A stretch of DNA of 20,000 nucleotides, from NCBI RefSeq assembly GCF_004010195.1, contig NC_057720.1:15381158-15401157 (forward strand). The letters are read 5' to 3'. The notes beneath the pieces were generated by a model. The model saw only the letters and a program-made list of their open reading frames with translations. It did no database searches and was not told the origin of the DNA. The translations under genes and the position numbers were made by a program. This document shows, piece after piece, positions 18,870 to 20,000 of the stretch. This DNA is from Chiloscyllium plagiosum (taxonomy: Eukaryota). Numbering within the stretch: the stretch's first letter is position 1; each line of letters begins with the position of its first letter.

Positions 18870-19622
18870 TTTTATACCCCCTTGATTCACACCCATGCCA
18901 TTTACACACCCCATTTGCATTTCCATGTTTATATCTGCCTCATTTACACACATACACACATATCCCATCACACATACCCTGTTCCATTCATACACTGTCA
19001 TTCACAACAACCCCATTCCCAGAAACATCAATTACAACTTCCCCAGTCACACACCCCCATTCACACTTGTCCCATGTGCACACTTCCCATTTCCACATAA
19101 TCCCATTCACACCTACCTGATTTACTCCCAGCCTAATTGTTCCCCATTCAGTTTCCAACCCTGTCAGTTTTAAAACAGTCTGATCAACACCTGCTACTCC
19201 ACACCACATCCATTGTTCATGTTCAAACCTCATTTGTAATCCTGCCTAATTTATAGCTACTCATCGACACCAGCCTGGGTAAGACCCAATCGTATTTACA
19301 ACCCAAACTGATTTACAACTTAATCTGATTCATACCCAGCCCAATTCACACCTGTCACAGTTTATACGTGATTCACTCTCTGCAGTTTACAAACCTGGGT
19401 TCTATTTGCTCTTCCTGATTTACACGGCCTCAATTTACCCCCTCCTGACTCATTGTCTACTGAGTTTACAGGCCTAGGTCCTGTCCCCTACATCTGCTTT
19501 ACCCCCACCCCATTTGTGTCCCGTCAATATTAACACTTCTCGCCTATTTACACCCTGCTGATTTATCCCCGTTCAATTTACATCCTGCCAGATTCACAAC
19601 CGTCCTGCTAATTTTACACCCT
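18870..19622 (+). repeat. Highly degenerate ~15-17 bp minisatellite (approx. ATTYACACC-yncc)
   Basis: Dozens of recurrences of atttaca/attcaca/gtttaca followed by C-rich spacers, e.g. atttacaacccaaactg-atttacaacttaatctg-attcatacccagccca-attcacacc. Confidence 0.75.
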
Positions 19623-19630
19623 TTGTTATG

Positions 19631-19837
19631 TAGAACATAGAACATAGAACAATACAGCGCAGAACAGGCCCTTCGGCCATCAATGTTGCACCGACCTGTG
19701 AACTATTCTCAGCTTGTCCCCCTATACTATCCCATCATCATCCATATGCTTATCCAAGGACTGTTTAAATCTCCCTAATGTGGCAGAGTTAACTACATTG
19801 ACAGGCAGGGCATTCCACGCCCTTACCACTCTCTGAG
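19631..19837 (-). mobile_element. 5'-truncated CR1 LINE 3' end with (AGAACAT)n tail
   Basis: The minus strand encodes TQRVVRAWNALPVNVVNSATLGRFKQSLDKHM; tail tagaacatagaacatagaaca. Confidence 0.92.
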
Positions 19838-20000
19838 TAGAACATAGAACATAGAACATAGAAGAATACAGTGCAGTACAGGCCCTTTGGCTCTCGATGT
19901 TGCGCCGATCCAAGCCCACCTAACCTACACTAGCCCACTATCCTCCATATGCCTATCCAATGCCCGCTTAAATGTCCATAAAGAGGGAGAGTCCACCACT
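19838..20000 (-). mobile_element. Second CR1 3' end with (AGAACAT)n tail, related subfamily; runs off the right edge
   Basis: tagaacatagaacatagaacatagaa...acaggccctttggctctcgatgttgcgccga...tccatatgcctatccaatg, collinear with 19631-19800. Confidence 0.9.

Noticed and set aside
18700..19233. Cluster of overlapping ORFs on both strands
   Set aside because: Expected from a stop-poor degenerate minisatellite.
18870..19622. CRISPR-like or other prokaryotic repeat-spacer system (also considered 14139-14342)
   Set aside because: Units are degenerate, with no identical repeats or unique spacers, no cas-like ORFs, and a vertebrate context.

Overview
Eukaryotic, repeat-dense genomic DNA from a cartilaginous fish. 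The HE1-type SINEs with (TAATC)n tails suggest a carpet/bamboo shark, which is my inference. I find no intact host gene, and none of the ORFs in the supplied track looks like a real protein-coding gene; the recognisable ones are decayed retroelement frames or microsatellite read-through. Bases 1-4650 are one decayed CR1-type LINE ORF2 (APE endonuclease plus reverse transcriptase) carrying five later insertions and a (TG)n expansion. One insertion is a 109-bp SINE tail flanked by a near-perfect 270-bp direct duplication. The rest of the window mixes HE1 SINEs, a second tRNA-derived SINE family that shares its 3' tail with a LINE fragment in the window, CR1 3' ends, a Rex1/Babar fragment, degenerate minisatellites and about ten Penelope-like element (PLE) pieces. 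The most interesting signal is a set of at least eight minimal type I hammerhead ribozyme motifs (CUGA[U/A]GA - stem II - GAAA - palindromic mini stem III) in these PLE pieces. Several pieces are tiny insertions with 8-17 bp target-site duplications whose truncation or inversion points fall in or next to the ribozyme. Hammerheads in PLEs are a known phenomenon; the breakpoint clustering and the giant duplication are the observations that may be new. Family names are from memory and were not checked against a database.
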